Part shown: positions 25,984 through 39,765 of the stretch, in pieces
Numbering within the stretch: position 1 is the stretch's first letter
Layout of the letters: every line of letters begins with the position of its first letter
Source: Octopus vulgaris
Taxonomy: Eukaryota
Reading direction: 5' to 3'
NCBI GenBank assembly: GCA_951406725.2
Contig: OX597820.1
Coordinates: 112,778,001-112,842,000 of the forward strand
Length of the DNA stretch: 64,000 bases
The notes under the pieces: generated by a model
What the model was told of the DNA's origin: nothing
What the model saw: only the letters and a program-made list of their open reading frames with translations
Databases searched by the model: none
Translations under genes and position numbers: made by a program

Positions 25984-28457
25984 AGCATCAGTGAAGCCAC
26001 CAATTAACTTGCAAGACAAGGAAATAAAAGGAAAATACTTCTCGACTGAGTGGAGGTGTATATGAGAGACAAAGGAATTGGCTTTATACTACATGTTAAA
26101 AGGCTAAAGTATGACAGAGGGAAAAAACATAGATGTCCTATAGAGGAGATACATGGCAACCCAGTATTATACAAGGCTGAGTGTAGCTAGATAGAAGATA
26201 AATGTGATGGCTGTGAGGAGCCAGAATAAACTCTCAAAGTACAAGAAGGTGAATATAAGAGAGAATATAAATAGTGGATCAGAGATGGGGAGGAAAGGAT
26301 AGGTAATTTCATAAGGCTAAGAGAGAAGAGAGATATATGGTTGGAAGTGAGGGTAGAATATAGTGAGTGAAGAATAAAAATGGAGGAGTGGTTGATGGAA
26401 AATATTTAGCACGGAGAGAGATAGAAGAGGCACAGACAGGTGAGGACTGCAAGTCACAACCTGGAAACAGTTCAGAAAGTAGGAAGATGATTTGCAGTGT
26501 AAGAATGGGATGGAAGAGAACAGAGATGGAGGTTAGGAGTACATAAGGGTGATTATAATGAGGGAGGGCATCAATGGCAGATATGAGTGGGTACTGGGAA
26601 TAATAGCAGATATGAGAAGTGTTAAAGATGAGGTATGACATTACAGTGTTAACAACTAATCACATGTTATTTATTTCCATTGAGTAATATTAAAATTTCA
26701 TAGGAGTGAATCCACTCCTTCATTAAAGCCCACCCAAACTGGTTTATTTAATGTACAATGACAATCAATTCTTAGAGACATTCAAGAAGTATTTTTGGAT
26801 TTTCTTTTTGTATCTTCTTCAATTATTGTTATTATTATTTTGTAAAGATATTTATAAAAAAATAAATAATAAAAGAAGTGGTGGAAAGCTGAGAAGTGAA
26901 ATTTGTAAAAAAAACTGGTTTCTGAAGGACAAATTAGCTTAAGTTCAAGAAAAACTGAAAAGAAAAAAAACAAACTTAGAGAAAAATGTAAAAAAAAAAA
27001 AGACTTGATTGATTTAGAAAAAATAAGCGGAAAAGAAGGAAATGACAATGTCTTTTGTATAAAAAATGAAACAAAAATATTTAAGGGTTGGTTTAAAGTG
27101 AAGAAAATATTTTCGTTTCTTTTTGCTTTATATTTAATTTTTTTTTTTGTTTTTCATCAACTGTGACTTCAATATTTAGAATTAAATTTTTAAATGTTCA
27201 AAGACAGATTAATGTATGAAGTGTGAAGTAACTTGTCTTCAAGACACGTAATCAGTGTCTATGGGAAAAGTCGACAAGTCACAAGTCATAAGAGCAGTGA
27301 TTTATATATAATTTACTTGTTCAATGCATTCTTTGAAATGTTGTTATTGCATAACTCTGGACAGTTCAGTAAATCCAAGGTAGTTTTTTTCAAATAATTT
27401 TCACCTACTGCTCCTTTTCTTTCATGAACACTTTTTCAATGGCCCCTTGCTTACTATTCAACAGTCCCACGATTTTAAATATACATATGTGTAATATCTA
27501 GCCAGAGACCAGAGATATTTAGTTCCAGGTGCTCTTCTGATGTGGGCAACTACATACCACTGTATCACCCAACAGGAAGAGAAAAGCTGATGCATCACCT
27601 CTTAGACTTATCTACCCAACCTTTAGCACATGGCTTTGACTAAACTCAGGCACACATTCATTGTGCACCTTTTCTTCCTTTTCACTTCCCTACGTTCTGA
27701 CCTACCTCCAGGTTACCACTTGTCACCGTCATCATTTCTTCTTTCTGTGTCTTCTGTGTACAGTGCATGCATTCTAGCTTTCATTGCTGTCTTTCCTTAC
27801 TAGATTCATGTTAAACATTTTTCTGATGAGTTGTGTTGCATCTGTGTACAATAAACTCATTTTTGTTATTCTTAAAGCAGTGAGCTAGCACAATTGCTAC
27901 CACACCAGACAGAAGGCTTAGGAGCATTTCTTCAAGCTCAGTCCTTGAGGTTGACCTTGCCTTTCTTCCTTTTGGGGTTGATAAAATAAGTACCAGTTGA
28001 GCACTGGGGGTAATGTAATCAACTTCCCTTCACTTCAAAATTGATAGCCTTATATAATTGTTATTATTATTATTGTTATTGTTGTGATTGCAGCTAACAA
28101 GCACTTTATATACCTAAATTTTTTAAAAAGTTAATGTTTAAATAGGAGACAAAACCTAAAGTAATCTATATGAAAGCAGCAAATCCCCTCCCACTCTCCT
28201 TCAACTTCTCAGTCCCCCATAGAACATATAAAAGTTTTGACTGATCCTAATGTCAGTATCAACTATTTTGAGAAATATGGTCATAAGGTAATGGTAAATC
28301 TCATAATTCTTAACCATTGGGAACTACTGTAGAGATTCAGGGCTATTATTTCTTTGATGTCTTACTCAAAGTAGCAACATTAGTAAAGAAGTTATCCTTG
28401 AAACAGACACCTTGCCCGAATGCTTGCCACAGTGATACACAAGGGCCAGATGGGATA

Positions 28458-28663
28458 TTAACCCCTTTTGACACAAAACTGCTGATATCACACCTGGCTC
28501 AGCGATACGAACTGTTTTGAAATAGTCTTCTACCAAAATTTCATGTAAAGTTCCAAACACCAACATAATAACGATAGTTATTTCACTAAACTTCATTATT
28601 TTCAAAATTAACTGAAAAAAAACCCCATTATTTTTCAAAAGAAATATGGTGAAAAAGTGTTAA
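28458..28663. mobile_element. piggyBac-like MITE
   Basis: TTAA-cccc...aaaagtg-TTAA termini; further partial copies follow up to about 29140. Confidence 0.65.
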
Positions 28664-28862
28664 AAAGATCTGAATTAAAAAACTACCATAAAAATCTCAT
28701 GCTAATTTATGTCCCAAACATGAGTCTGGAAAATCTAGTTTTCTAAATTTTTCCTTATTTCCAAAATTAATTGAAACCTTCTCTCACGTTAATCTATGTT
28801 CCAAATGCCAGCTCAATGATGACAAAATTATTTTATTAGATTCATCATCATTATTAAATTAT

Positions 28863-29078
28863 GGCGGCAACTTGGCAGAAGTGTTAGCATGCTGGGCGCA
28901 ATGCTTTGAGGTATTTCGTCTGTCATTACGTTCTGAGTTCAAATTCCTGCGAGGTCGATTTTGCCTTTCATCCTTTCGGGGTCGATAAATTAAGTACCAG
29001 TTGCGCACTGGGCCGATCTAATCGACTGGCCCCCTCCCCCCAAATTTCGGGCCTTGTGCCTAGGGTAGAAAAGATTGT
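28863..29078 (+). mobile_element. Family B SINE
   Basis: Head plus central domain gcctttcatcctttcggggtcgataaattaagtaccag. Confidence 0.85.
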
Positions 29079-30017
29079 TACTAAAATTAACCGAAGCACA
29101 AAATGTGTATTATTTCAATAAAAATATGGTAACAAAATGGTTTATCCAGAAAATAGATTTAGTTTTGAGGTGCCAAGCTGAAATTGAAGCTGCTGCTTGC
29201 AGTTTTTAAGTTATTGCTACTTGTGGTTAACTCTTTTCAGTTACACAGGGTGTATCACTTTAGGGCTAAGTATCTTGGCTATGTAAAAAATGCAGAGTTG
29301 GTGGAGTTATCAGTAGCTTCGTCCAGCAATTTATATTGTCACATGATAAAACTAGTCAATCGAATATCTGGGTGTGATTCAGAGATTTCACACTCTGTAT
29401 GTTCTGTATGGTAGTATATTTGGTACCACAGTGACTTCCGCTATGTCGGATGCAGTGAAACGCATTCGGTATAAACTTAACACTTTTTTTTTACATTTCA
29501 TAAAATAAAGAATTACACACACATATAATAATCCTTTACATTACAACATGGCCAGATGAATGTGTGTGTGTGTGTGTGTGTGTGTAAAAGCACACATACA
29601 CATGGGTGTATGATGAGTGCGCAAGTTCATAAATATAACGGTCAAGTTGGTGGGAAAGAAAAGAGAAAGAGAAACATAGGTGTGGCTGTTAAAGGAAGGA
29701 AGTAAGAAGGATGAGGCATTAAAGAAGGGTACATGCTGCTTGAGAGAGAGAGACAGACAGAGAGAGTGAAAATGTGGGGGAGATAAATTAATGAGAATTA
29801 GACACACACCAGATGTAACCAACAGGACAGGGTAGACATGACAGACCATGTGATGTCATCAGAAAATCCAAGAAGTAAACTTGTTATTTTCAATGGCGTT
29901 ATGTTATGTTTTTAGAGTATTATTGTTATAGCATTACTTTGCTGTTCCCTTCATATTAAATCAGATTCTAGGTAGAAAGTTCTATGGCGTTCAGAGCCAG
30001 CACTGCAAATTACATCA

Positions 30018-30256
30018 TTTCTTATTTCTTTACTGCCCACAAGGGGCGAAACACAGAGGGGACAAACAAGGACAGACAAACGTATTAAGTCAATTATATC
30101 GACCCCAGTGCGCAACTGGTACTTATTTAGTCGACCCCGAAAGGAAGAAAGGCATAGTCGACCTCGGTGGAATTTGAACTCAGAACATAACTGCAGACAA
30201 AATACCACTAAGCATTTCACCCGGCGTGCAAACGTTTCTGCCAGCTGGCTGCCTAA
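30018..30256 (-). mobile_element. Family B SINE with 16-bp TSD
   Basis: actg(c/t)aaattacatca at 30002-30017 and 30257-30272. Confidence 0.9.
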
Positions 30257-30827
30257 ACTGTAAATTACATCAGACGTTTCGTATACAAATATGTCTACAC
30301 AAACAATGTGATCAAAGATAGAAAACTAGGAAATGGGTGTATATGAACTATTTACGTAGGTGTATTCGTACACAAAATGTCATAATGAACAGTGCTGGAT
30401 TTGAACTCAGAATGTAGACAACTGGAAGAAATAGTTCAAAGCATTTTGACTGATATTCTAACAAGTCTGCCAATATACCATCCAAGCTAGATATGATACA
30501 TGATGGTTGAGGGGCAATGGTGGGATTTTGGAGGGGTGATGGTGAGATTGTAGGTGAGTGGCAGCAGGGTGAATACATAAATTGAAGTGACCCCTTCCTC
30601 CCCACTCCAATTCAAATCTATTTATTTTATTGAACCTGGAGATGTAAGGCAAAAGTCAACCTCAGCAAAACTTAAATATATTGTAAAGAGGAATGAGACA
30701 AAACTAAACACTATAGAATTACCAGTCTTGTAATTTGACACTTGCATCACTGATCAGCAAGCAGACAAGTAAGTAGTAATTGTCAATGGCATTTTAGTAT
30801 CTTGGTACAGTAATGTTTAAAATTAAA

Positions 30828-30866
<39 letters not shown>

Positions 30867-30910
30867 TAAGCAAACAAATATAACCATATTACAATGAATT
30901 GAGAAGAGTT

Positions 30911-31296
30911 GGATCTTTTCGCTTTGACCGGCAGATTTTTAAAATAATTTCTTTGTAACTATACACTTTTAAACTTCATATACTGGTAGTGTGTTACATA
31001 AAACATCTTTTTCTCTTGGCTTTATTGAAAAAATTCTGTAGTTTGTAAGCTATTTGTTGTTTCATTTCTTGCATTTGGGCAGAAATTGTATTCACCTCAA
31101 TAGACGTCATTGATTGGTTGAAATTGCCGAAATGCAAGAAATTAAACAACAAATAGCTTACAAACTACAGAGTTTTCTCAAGAGAGCCAAGAGAAAAAGA
31201 TGTTTTATAAACACATTCTACCTGTATATGAAGCTTAAAAGGGTTTAGTTACAAAGAAATTATTTTAAAAATCTGCCGGTCAAAGCGAAAAGTTCT
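30911..31296. mobile_element. Foldback MITE with about 170-bp TIRs and an 8-bp TSD
   Basis: ggatcttttcgctttgaccggcag... and ...ctgccggtcaaagcgaaaagttct; gaagagtt is duplicated at 30903-30910 and 31297-31304. Confidence 0.9.
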
Positions 31297-31985
31297 GAAG
31301 AGTTTTATGAAGAAAATAAATAAAACAATAATAACAACAGCAGTAGTTTTGTTTCTCAATAAGTTATTTTTTGTTATTAGTTGTCCAGCTGGCAAAATAG
31401 CTGGGTCAAACAGAACATGTATTATGAAGTAGACAATGATTAGCAATGAACAAGACGTTCCCATGGAAAATTCTAGAGGTCTACAATGAGTGGGAAGCTT
31501 TCACTAATACCTACACACATACACACGCACGTATGCATGCACATACACACACGCGCGCACACACAAACACTGATAAATATATAGACAGACAGACAGACAC
31601 ACACACACGCACATACACACGCAAATAAATACATATATGCACAAAAACATATACACTCACCAACACATAAATATAAACACACATGCACGCATACACAAAC
31701 ATACATGCACCCTTGGATACCCTTCCTAACACCAACCACGTAACTGATTAGACTGAGTGGCTTTTATGTAGCACCAGCACCAGTGGGGTCTCCTTTAGCA
31801 TGGTTTTTACCACCGGATGCTCTTCTACTTTATAGAATGGACTGGATCTTTTATATGGCATCAATACCAGCAAGATCTGCTTTGGCATGATTTTTACAGC
31901 TGAATACCCATCCTAATGCCAACCATTTTACAGAGTGGACTGTGTATATGTGTGTGTTTGTATACATACATACATACATATATAT

Positions 31986-32104
<119 letters not shown>

Positions 32105-32118
32105 TACATATATGTGTG

Positions 32119-32160
<42 letters not shown>

Positions 32161-32162
<2 letters not shown>

Positions 32163-32287
32163 ATAAATAAAAAAATGTATGGTAAATAAACAGACGACGT
32201 AACGTATACTGAATGTAAAAACAAACCTATACATTCAGTATATGTTATGTCGTTTGTTTATTTACCATACATTTTTTTCATTTATTA
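32161..32287. repeat. 57-bp inverted repeat with a 12-nt loop, next to (TA)n
   Basis: Arms at 32161-32217 and 32230-32287. Confidence 0.9.
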
Positions 32288-32333
32288 AGTAATGGAACAC
32301 AACACACACCAAATTTATACATACATACATACA

Positions 32334-32418
<85 letters not shown>

Positions 32419-32479
32419 GTATATAAAAATAGAAATATTATTATTTCTAAATCTCTCAGAGACATTATTGGCAAATAGC

Positions 32480-32519
<40 letters not shown>

Positions 32520-32873
32520 TCATCATCATCATCATCATTTAGCGTCCGTTCTCCATGCTAGCATGGGTTGGACGGTTCAACTGGGGTCTGTGAAGCTAGA
32601 AGGCTTCATCAGGCCTAGTCAGATCTGGCAGTGTCTCCACGGCTGGATGCCCTTCCACGCTCACACACATATGTATATACATACACACACACACACTTAC
32701 ACACACACATACACACACACATATTGTCAGTAGACAAAAATCTGAAAAAGGAGCATGCTCTAAGTTATAGAACAGTATATTATATATAGTTAGATAAGGC
32801 TATTTTATGGGCTCACCCTGGGTTTCACGTCCATAAAGCACTTAGCTTCATGGTGTATCATCAGATCCCATAT

Positions 32874-32991
<118 letters not shown>

Positions 32992-33057
32992 TAAGATAAA
33001 ACTTATTTGAAGTGGATGCGTGGCGTTCGATCATATAATAAAATAATAAATAAAACA

Positions 33058-33348
33058 TATGCATATATACATACATATATGTACATACCTACATCTATAT
33101 GTATGTATACATGCATATATAGGTACAGGACACCAAAAAAACGTTGAACACAATAAGAAACGAAAACATAAAAACAAGACCATGGAAACGGACTTTGTTC
33201 AAACAACGAAAAAACAGAGTACAAGACATACAACAGAAGGAATATTCCCCTTCTTCAGCTGCCCCTGCTTTGTCTACTCCGTGTTTCGAATGCATGTATA
33301 TATACATATAGATGTAGGTATGTACATATATGTATGTATATATGCATA
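33058..33348. repeat. 59-bp inverted repeats around a 173-bp spacer (possible Penelope-like remnant)
   Basis: Arms at 33058-33116 and 33290-33348. Confidence 0.8.
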
Positions 33349-34025
33349 GCGAGAATGGATGAAGATAGTTGTGTGAAAAAGTGCCACACCCTGGCGGTTG
33401 AGGGAACCTGTGGAAGAGGTAGACCCAGGAAAACCTGGGACGAGGTGGTGAAGAATGACCTTCGAACTTTAGGCCTCACCGAGGAAATGAACAAAGACCG
33501 AGACCTTTGGAAGTATGCTGTGCATGAGAAGAACCGGCAGGACAAGTGAGACCATAACCCGTGGCCTCTACCTGGGACGTAGCCAGCTCACTTATGCATA
33601 CCTTTCCTTCTTGTGACACAAACCCAACTTGTGAAGACCTGTTGAGGCAAGTGAAAATCAAAATCGAAATGGTTCAATATCAATGGAAATTGTAGCTAAG
33701 ATACCAGTGCCGGTGGCACGTAAGAGAACCATCCGAACGTGGCCGTTGCCAGCACTGCCCCGACTGGCCTCCGTGCCGGTGGCACGTAAAAAGCACCATC
33801 CGATTGTGGCCGTTTGCCAGCCTCATCTGGCACTTGTGCAGGTGGCACGTAAAAAGCACCCACTACACTCTCGGAGTGGTTGGTGTTAGGAAGGGCATCC
33901 AGGTGTAGAAACACTGCCAGATCAGACTGGGCCTGGTGCAGCCTTCTGGCTTCCCAGACCCCAGTTGAACCGTCCAACCCATGCTAGCATGGAAAGCAGA
34001 CGTTAAACGATGATGATGATGATGA
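33349..34025 (+). mobile_element. 5'-truncated RTE-clade LINE: ORF C-terminus, 3'UTR and (GAT)n tail
   Basis: RMDEDSCVKK...GRGRPRKTWDEVVKNDL..LGL...DRDLWK is typical of RTE C-termini; this is the master type for family A. Confidence 0.9.
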
Positions 34026-34343
34026 TATATATATCAGGATTGAAGTGAATCAGGCACTTAAATGGTGAATATTGTGGTTCATGTATTCCAGTAATGAAAA
34101 TGTTTTTTTCTAACGATGTAATATTTCCATTAATCAATTAAAAGTTCATTGGACATAGCTGTAGTGAATCGACATTACCTGTACAGGTGCAGCTGGGTGC
34201 CACATGTCAGATGTTGAAATGACCGAAGAGCAACATGAAATGAAGTGCTTTGCTGAAGAGCACAATGCAGCGCCTGATCTGGGAATTGAACTCATGATCT
34301 TGCAGTCGTGAGTGCAGCACCCTAACCACTAAGCCATGTTTCC

Positions 34344-34378
<35 letters not shown>

Positions 34379-34703
34379 GCATGCACACATATATATATAT
34401 ATATACATGTGTCTCTGTGTATATATAATTATGTGTGCGTGTGTAACTACTTGCACTGCACAAGTGTAAATGTTTCTCTCTGTGTCTGTGTGTGTATATG
34501 TTGTCCTATATATGTGTGTGTGTGTCTCTATCAGTATTTGAAAACGAGATCAAAGTCCTCATGAAGAAGACAGCATCCATCCATCCATGCTGGCAAACGA
34601 CAACATAAGAACAGCAGCAATTGAAAGGCAATGACAAGAGTATTGAAAATTTCAATGCAGCTGGAAAAACATACAGAGTGCAGCAGCAGCAGCAGCAGCA
34701 GCA

Positions 34704-35100
34704 GTGGAGGTGCAATGACCCAGTGGTTAGGACAGCGGACTCGTGGTCGGAGGATCGCAGTTTCGATTTCCAGACCGGGCGTTGTGTGTGTTTATTGAGC
34801 GAAAGCACCTAAAGCTCCACGAGGCTCTGGCAGGGGGGGTGGGGTGGCGACCCCTGTTGTACTCTTTCGCTCCAACTTTCTCTCACTCTTTCTTCCTGTT
34901 TCTTGTCCCCGACTTCCTACACAACCGCTGAGCCTGGATGCGCATTCATCCATCCGTCGATGCTCTCGGTGTCGGGAGTTGACCTGCTTTCTCTTCTGCG
35001 GGCCTTACGAATAGCAAAGGACCACATTTCGGACTTCTCCCACTGGGACGAAGACCACTTCGCTCAACAAACAAACAAACAAACAAAGCAGCAGCAGCAA
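34704..35100 (+). mobile_element. Family D SINE inserted in (CAG)n
   Basis: tRNA head; (CAG)n on both sides. Confidence 0.9.
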
Positions 35101-35460
35101 ACAGGAAATAGAAAAAAATGGACAAAATCAGAAAACAAGAACAACAAATCTACATTCCAGAAATAATGGCTCCATGCCAGACTTTCGCTCAATGAAAACA
35201 GTAACACATGTACTGTAGTTTGGAGTGAAATCATAGTTGAATGAAATTTTAACACTGCTCTTTCTCCCCACCTCTCTCTCTCATTTTCACTCTGTCTTTG
35301 TCTCATTCTCTCTCTCTCTCTATCTCTTTCTCTTCCTCCCTTCTTCTCTCTCACTCTGTTTGCCTTTCTCTTGTTCTCTCTTCCTCCATCACTTTCACTC
35401 TGTTTCTCTGTCTCTTTCTTTGTCTCTCTCTTTCTGTTTCTCCCTCTCTCTCTCTCTCAG

Positions 35461-36570
<1,110 letters not shown>

Positions 36571-36716
36571 TATATATATATATATATATACATATATATA
36601 TAAATATATTCCAAAGTAAGCACATAAAAGTGAATTAAGGTGGCAAAAAATAGTACTCGAATGCTAGAGGTAGAGTAATATGCTTTATTAATAAAGCTGC
36701 AAAAACATCACAAAAA

Positions 36717-36754
36717 CTGTTACTCAGAGTTTCCCGTTCACATTCATCGGACAG
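36717..36754 (-). ncRNA. Hammerhead-like motif, U4C variant, in a partially palindromic element (about 36610-36817)
   Basis: Minus strand: ctgt-CCGATGA-atgtgaacgg-GAAA-ctctgag-T-A-acag (stem II weak); an internally deleted inverted copy starts at 36778. Confidence 0.6.
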
Positions 36755-36921
36755 ATTGGGTTGATTCTCAACCAAAACTGTCCTATGAACGGGGCAGTTT
36801 TATTAATAAAGTATATATAATATATATAGTTAATCCAAACATGAAAACACAAAGAGAAAACACAACAACATGAGGACGTGGAACAAGTATAGTGTTATTA
36901 AACGCTCAGGAAAGAAGGAGA

Positions 36922-36956
36922 ATTTAACGTTTCGAGCGGAGCTCTTCATCAGAAAC
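36922..36956 (-). ncRNA. Minimal type-I hammerhead ribozyme with canonical core (element about 36829-37040)
   Basis: Minus strand: gttt-CTGATGA-a-gagc(tcc)gctc-GAAA-cg-T-T-aaat; palindromic AACGTT stem III. Confidence 0.8.
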
Positions 36957-37318
36957 ATAGAAAAAGAAAAGATCCAAGGAAGGGAAGACGGAGGAAACAA
37001 AACGCCAACGGTACACATGCAGTCACATTTTGAATCACTTATATATATATAAAGAAAGAGAGAGAGAGAGATGGAGATAGAGAAAGACAGACAGAGACAG
37101 AGTTAACAACTTTCCCTGTATATCTTTGAGCTGCAGAAGAAAGATTACTGATCCAGTTTGTGTTGTGGTGGTCTACATTTACAGCTGTTGCTACACAGAC
37201 CACTCTTGAAAATAAACACTTTACATACGCCCTCTCTAAGCATCTTTCACATGCATGCATACATGGATATAAAAATTCTTACATACATATGCTTGTATGT
37301 ATGAGTATATATGTATGC

Positions 37319-37354
<36 letters not shown>

Positions 37355-37358
<4 letters not shown>

Positions 37359-37693
37359 CCAGAGCGGTTATCTGACCTCCATGCCAGTGGCACGTAAAAA
37401 ACATCATTCGAGCGTGATCGTTACCAATATCGCCTTACTGGCACCCGCGCCGGTGGCATGTGTAAAAGATTTGAGTGAGGCCATTGCCAGTTCCGCCTGA
37501 CTGGCCCCGTGCCGATGGCGCATAAAAGCACCCACTACACTCTCGGAGTGGTCGGCATTAGAAGGGGCCTCCAGCTGTAGAAACTCTGCCAGATCAAGAC
37601 TGGAGCCTGGTGCAGCCATCTGGTTCACCAGCCCTCAGTCATACGTCCAACCCATGCTAGCATGGAAAGCAGACGTTAAACGATGATGATGAA
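37355..37693 (+). mobile_element. RTE-LINE 3'UTR fragment (family A)
   Basis: Tandem units and a (GAT)n tail. Confidence 0.85.
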
Positions 37694-39038
37694 GATATAT
37701 ATATATTTATATATTTATTTATATATAGATTATATATAGATATATTACAGTGGTGTAAGCAGTTGCTATAGGAACTAAAAGATGGAGTAACCTTGCTATC
37801 AAACAGTGTCAATCTCAGCTATAAACTTTCCAGATTTGCAGCTGAATAAAGTAAAACTAGCACATGTAGCATGTGTGTGTGTGTATGTGTGTGCGCGTGC
37901 GCGTGCATGTGTGTGTGTGTATGTGTGTGTGTGTGCGCGTGCATGTGTGTGTGTGTATGTGTGTGCGCGTGCGCGTGCATGTGTGTGAGTAGATATGTGT
38001 GTATTCTGATATACACCCACATTAATACGTTCGATTGCAAGTACTTAAAAATCACATATACAGCATTCATGTATCCAAAGTTCATGGAAATGCATACACA
38101 AACACATATATTTGAAGTATTTATTCTGTGAACTAATCTGATAAATATCGTCAATACTCATAACACATAAGAATGCATATATATGTTTGTATAAGTGAAT
38201 ACATCATCCACAGATTCTGCTTCTACAATGGGTAGCTTCCAACATTAATTCCAGACAATTTTTCATTCACTTAATAATCCAGAATATATGTCTTTTAATT
38301 TAGTGTATATCTTTTTCTCTGTTAATTTGACTGGGCAGTAAGAAGTCTGATTCACAACCACATGGTTCTGGGCTCAATCTCACTGCATGGCACCTTGGGC
38401 AGGTGTCTTCTACAATAGATCCAAAGGCCACCAAAGCTTTGTGAGTGCATTTAGTAGGCAGTTTCTGTGTGTGTTTCCGTGTGTGTGTATCTATATATAT
38501 GGATGTTTGTATATATGTGTATACACATGTATGTATATGCATGCATATGTGTATATGTACATATATTTGTGCGTGTGTGTGTACATATGCATGTGCCTGA
38601 GTGTATGTGTATGTGTATGTGTGCATGTGTGTGTGTGTATGAGCATGAATATAGATGTATATCTATGTATGTGTGCATATATATGAATTTGTATATGTAA
38701 GTGTACATGAGCATATGTATCTCAAATCTTAAGAGCATATATTCAGGTACATACATATGTATATGTATAGACAAGATCATGCATGTGTATATACAGGTAT
38801 GAATATATGTAGATCGTTATAGAATAATGTATATGTACGTGTAAGTTTGTCAACTGAATGGATTTGGTAGGCAGAAACTGAAAGAAGACCTATATATATA
38901 TATGATACATTTGTGTGTCTGTGTTTGTCCCCCCACCCAACCATTGTGAATCCTGAAGGTCAGCCAATGGCAATTGCAAAACCGACCATGAAGAATGAAT
39001 TAGCAGCACAAAGATATAAGCTGGAACTCCCTTTAATA

Positions 39039-39459
39039 TCTATTTCTTTACTACCCACAAGGGGCTAAACACAGAGAGGACAAACAAGGACAGACACACG
39101 GATTTAGTAGATTATATCGACCTCAGTGCATAACTGGTACTTAATTTATCGACCCTGAAAGGATGAAAGGTAAAGTCGACCTCGGCGGAATTTGAACCCA
39201 GGAAGTAAGGACAGACGAAATACCTATTTCTTTACTACCCACAAGGGGTTAAACACAGAGAGGACAATCAAGGACAGACACACGGATTTAGTCGATTATA
39301 TCGACTTCAGTGCATAACTGGTACTTAATTTATCGACCCCGAAAGAATGAAAGGTAAAGTCAACCTCGGCGGAATTTGAACACAGAACATAACGGCAGAC
39401 GAAATACTGCTAAGCATTTCGCCTGGCATGCTAACGTTTCGGCCAGCTCGCTGCCTTAT
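39039..39459 (-). mobile_element. Family B SINE with a tandemly duplicated 3' part and a TSD
   Basis: A block of about 185 bp is repeated; ctccctttaata flanks both sides. Confidence 0.85.
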
Positions 39460-39660
39460 CTCCCTTTAATACCATCTATTGCAGAGCCACCCTAACACTC
39501 CATCTATATAATTAAAACTGATTCAACTGACTTTCAACCACAACACACAATTTTTGTTATACTGAGTGGATCCTACTACCACATATAGCCATGACAGACA
39601 GAATAGATGCAGCTGAAGTTGAAAATTTGAGTTTACAGAACACAGAAATAATACTCATAT

Positions 39661-39765
39661 ATCACCTGATGAAACTCAAGCTCTACTAGAATGCAGGAAA
39701 ATGGTTACATAACCAAATACCTGTGAATCTGGAGAACTATGTTGTTTGGAAACAATTGCGGAGAT
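39661..39765 (+). ncRNA. Degenerate hammerhead-like motif with long stem II
   Basis: atcac-CTGATGA-aac...gtttg-GAAA-caattg-cg-gagat; palindromic stem III, cleavage site decayed. Confidence 0.45.

Noticed and set aside
27480-27870. CTGATGA-gttgt...acaat motif after a possible old PLE 3' region
   Set aside because: GAAA, stem III and the 3' strand of stem I cannot be assigned.
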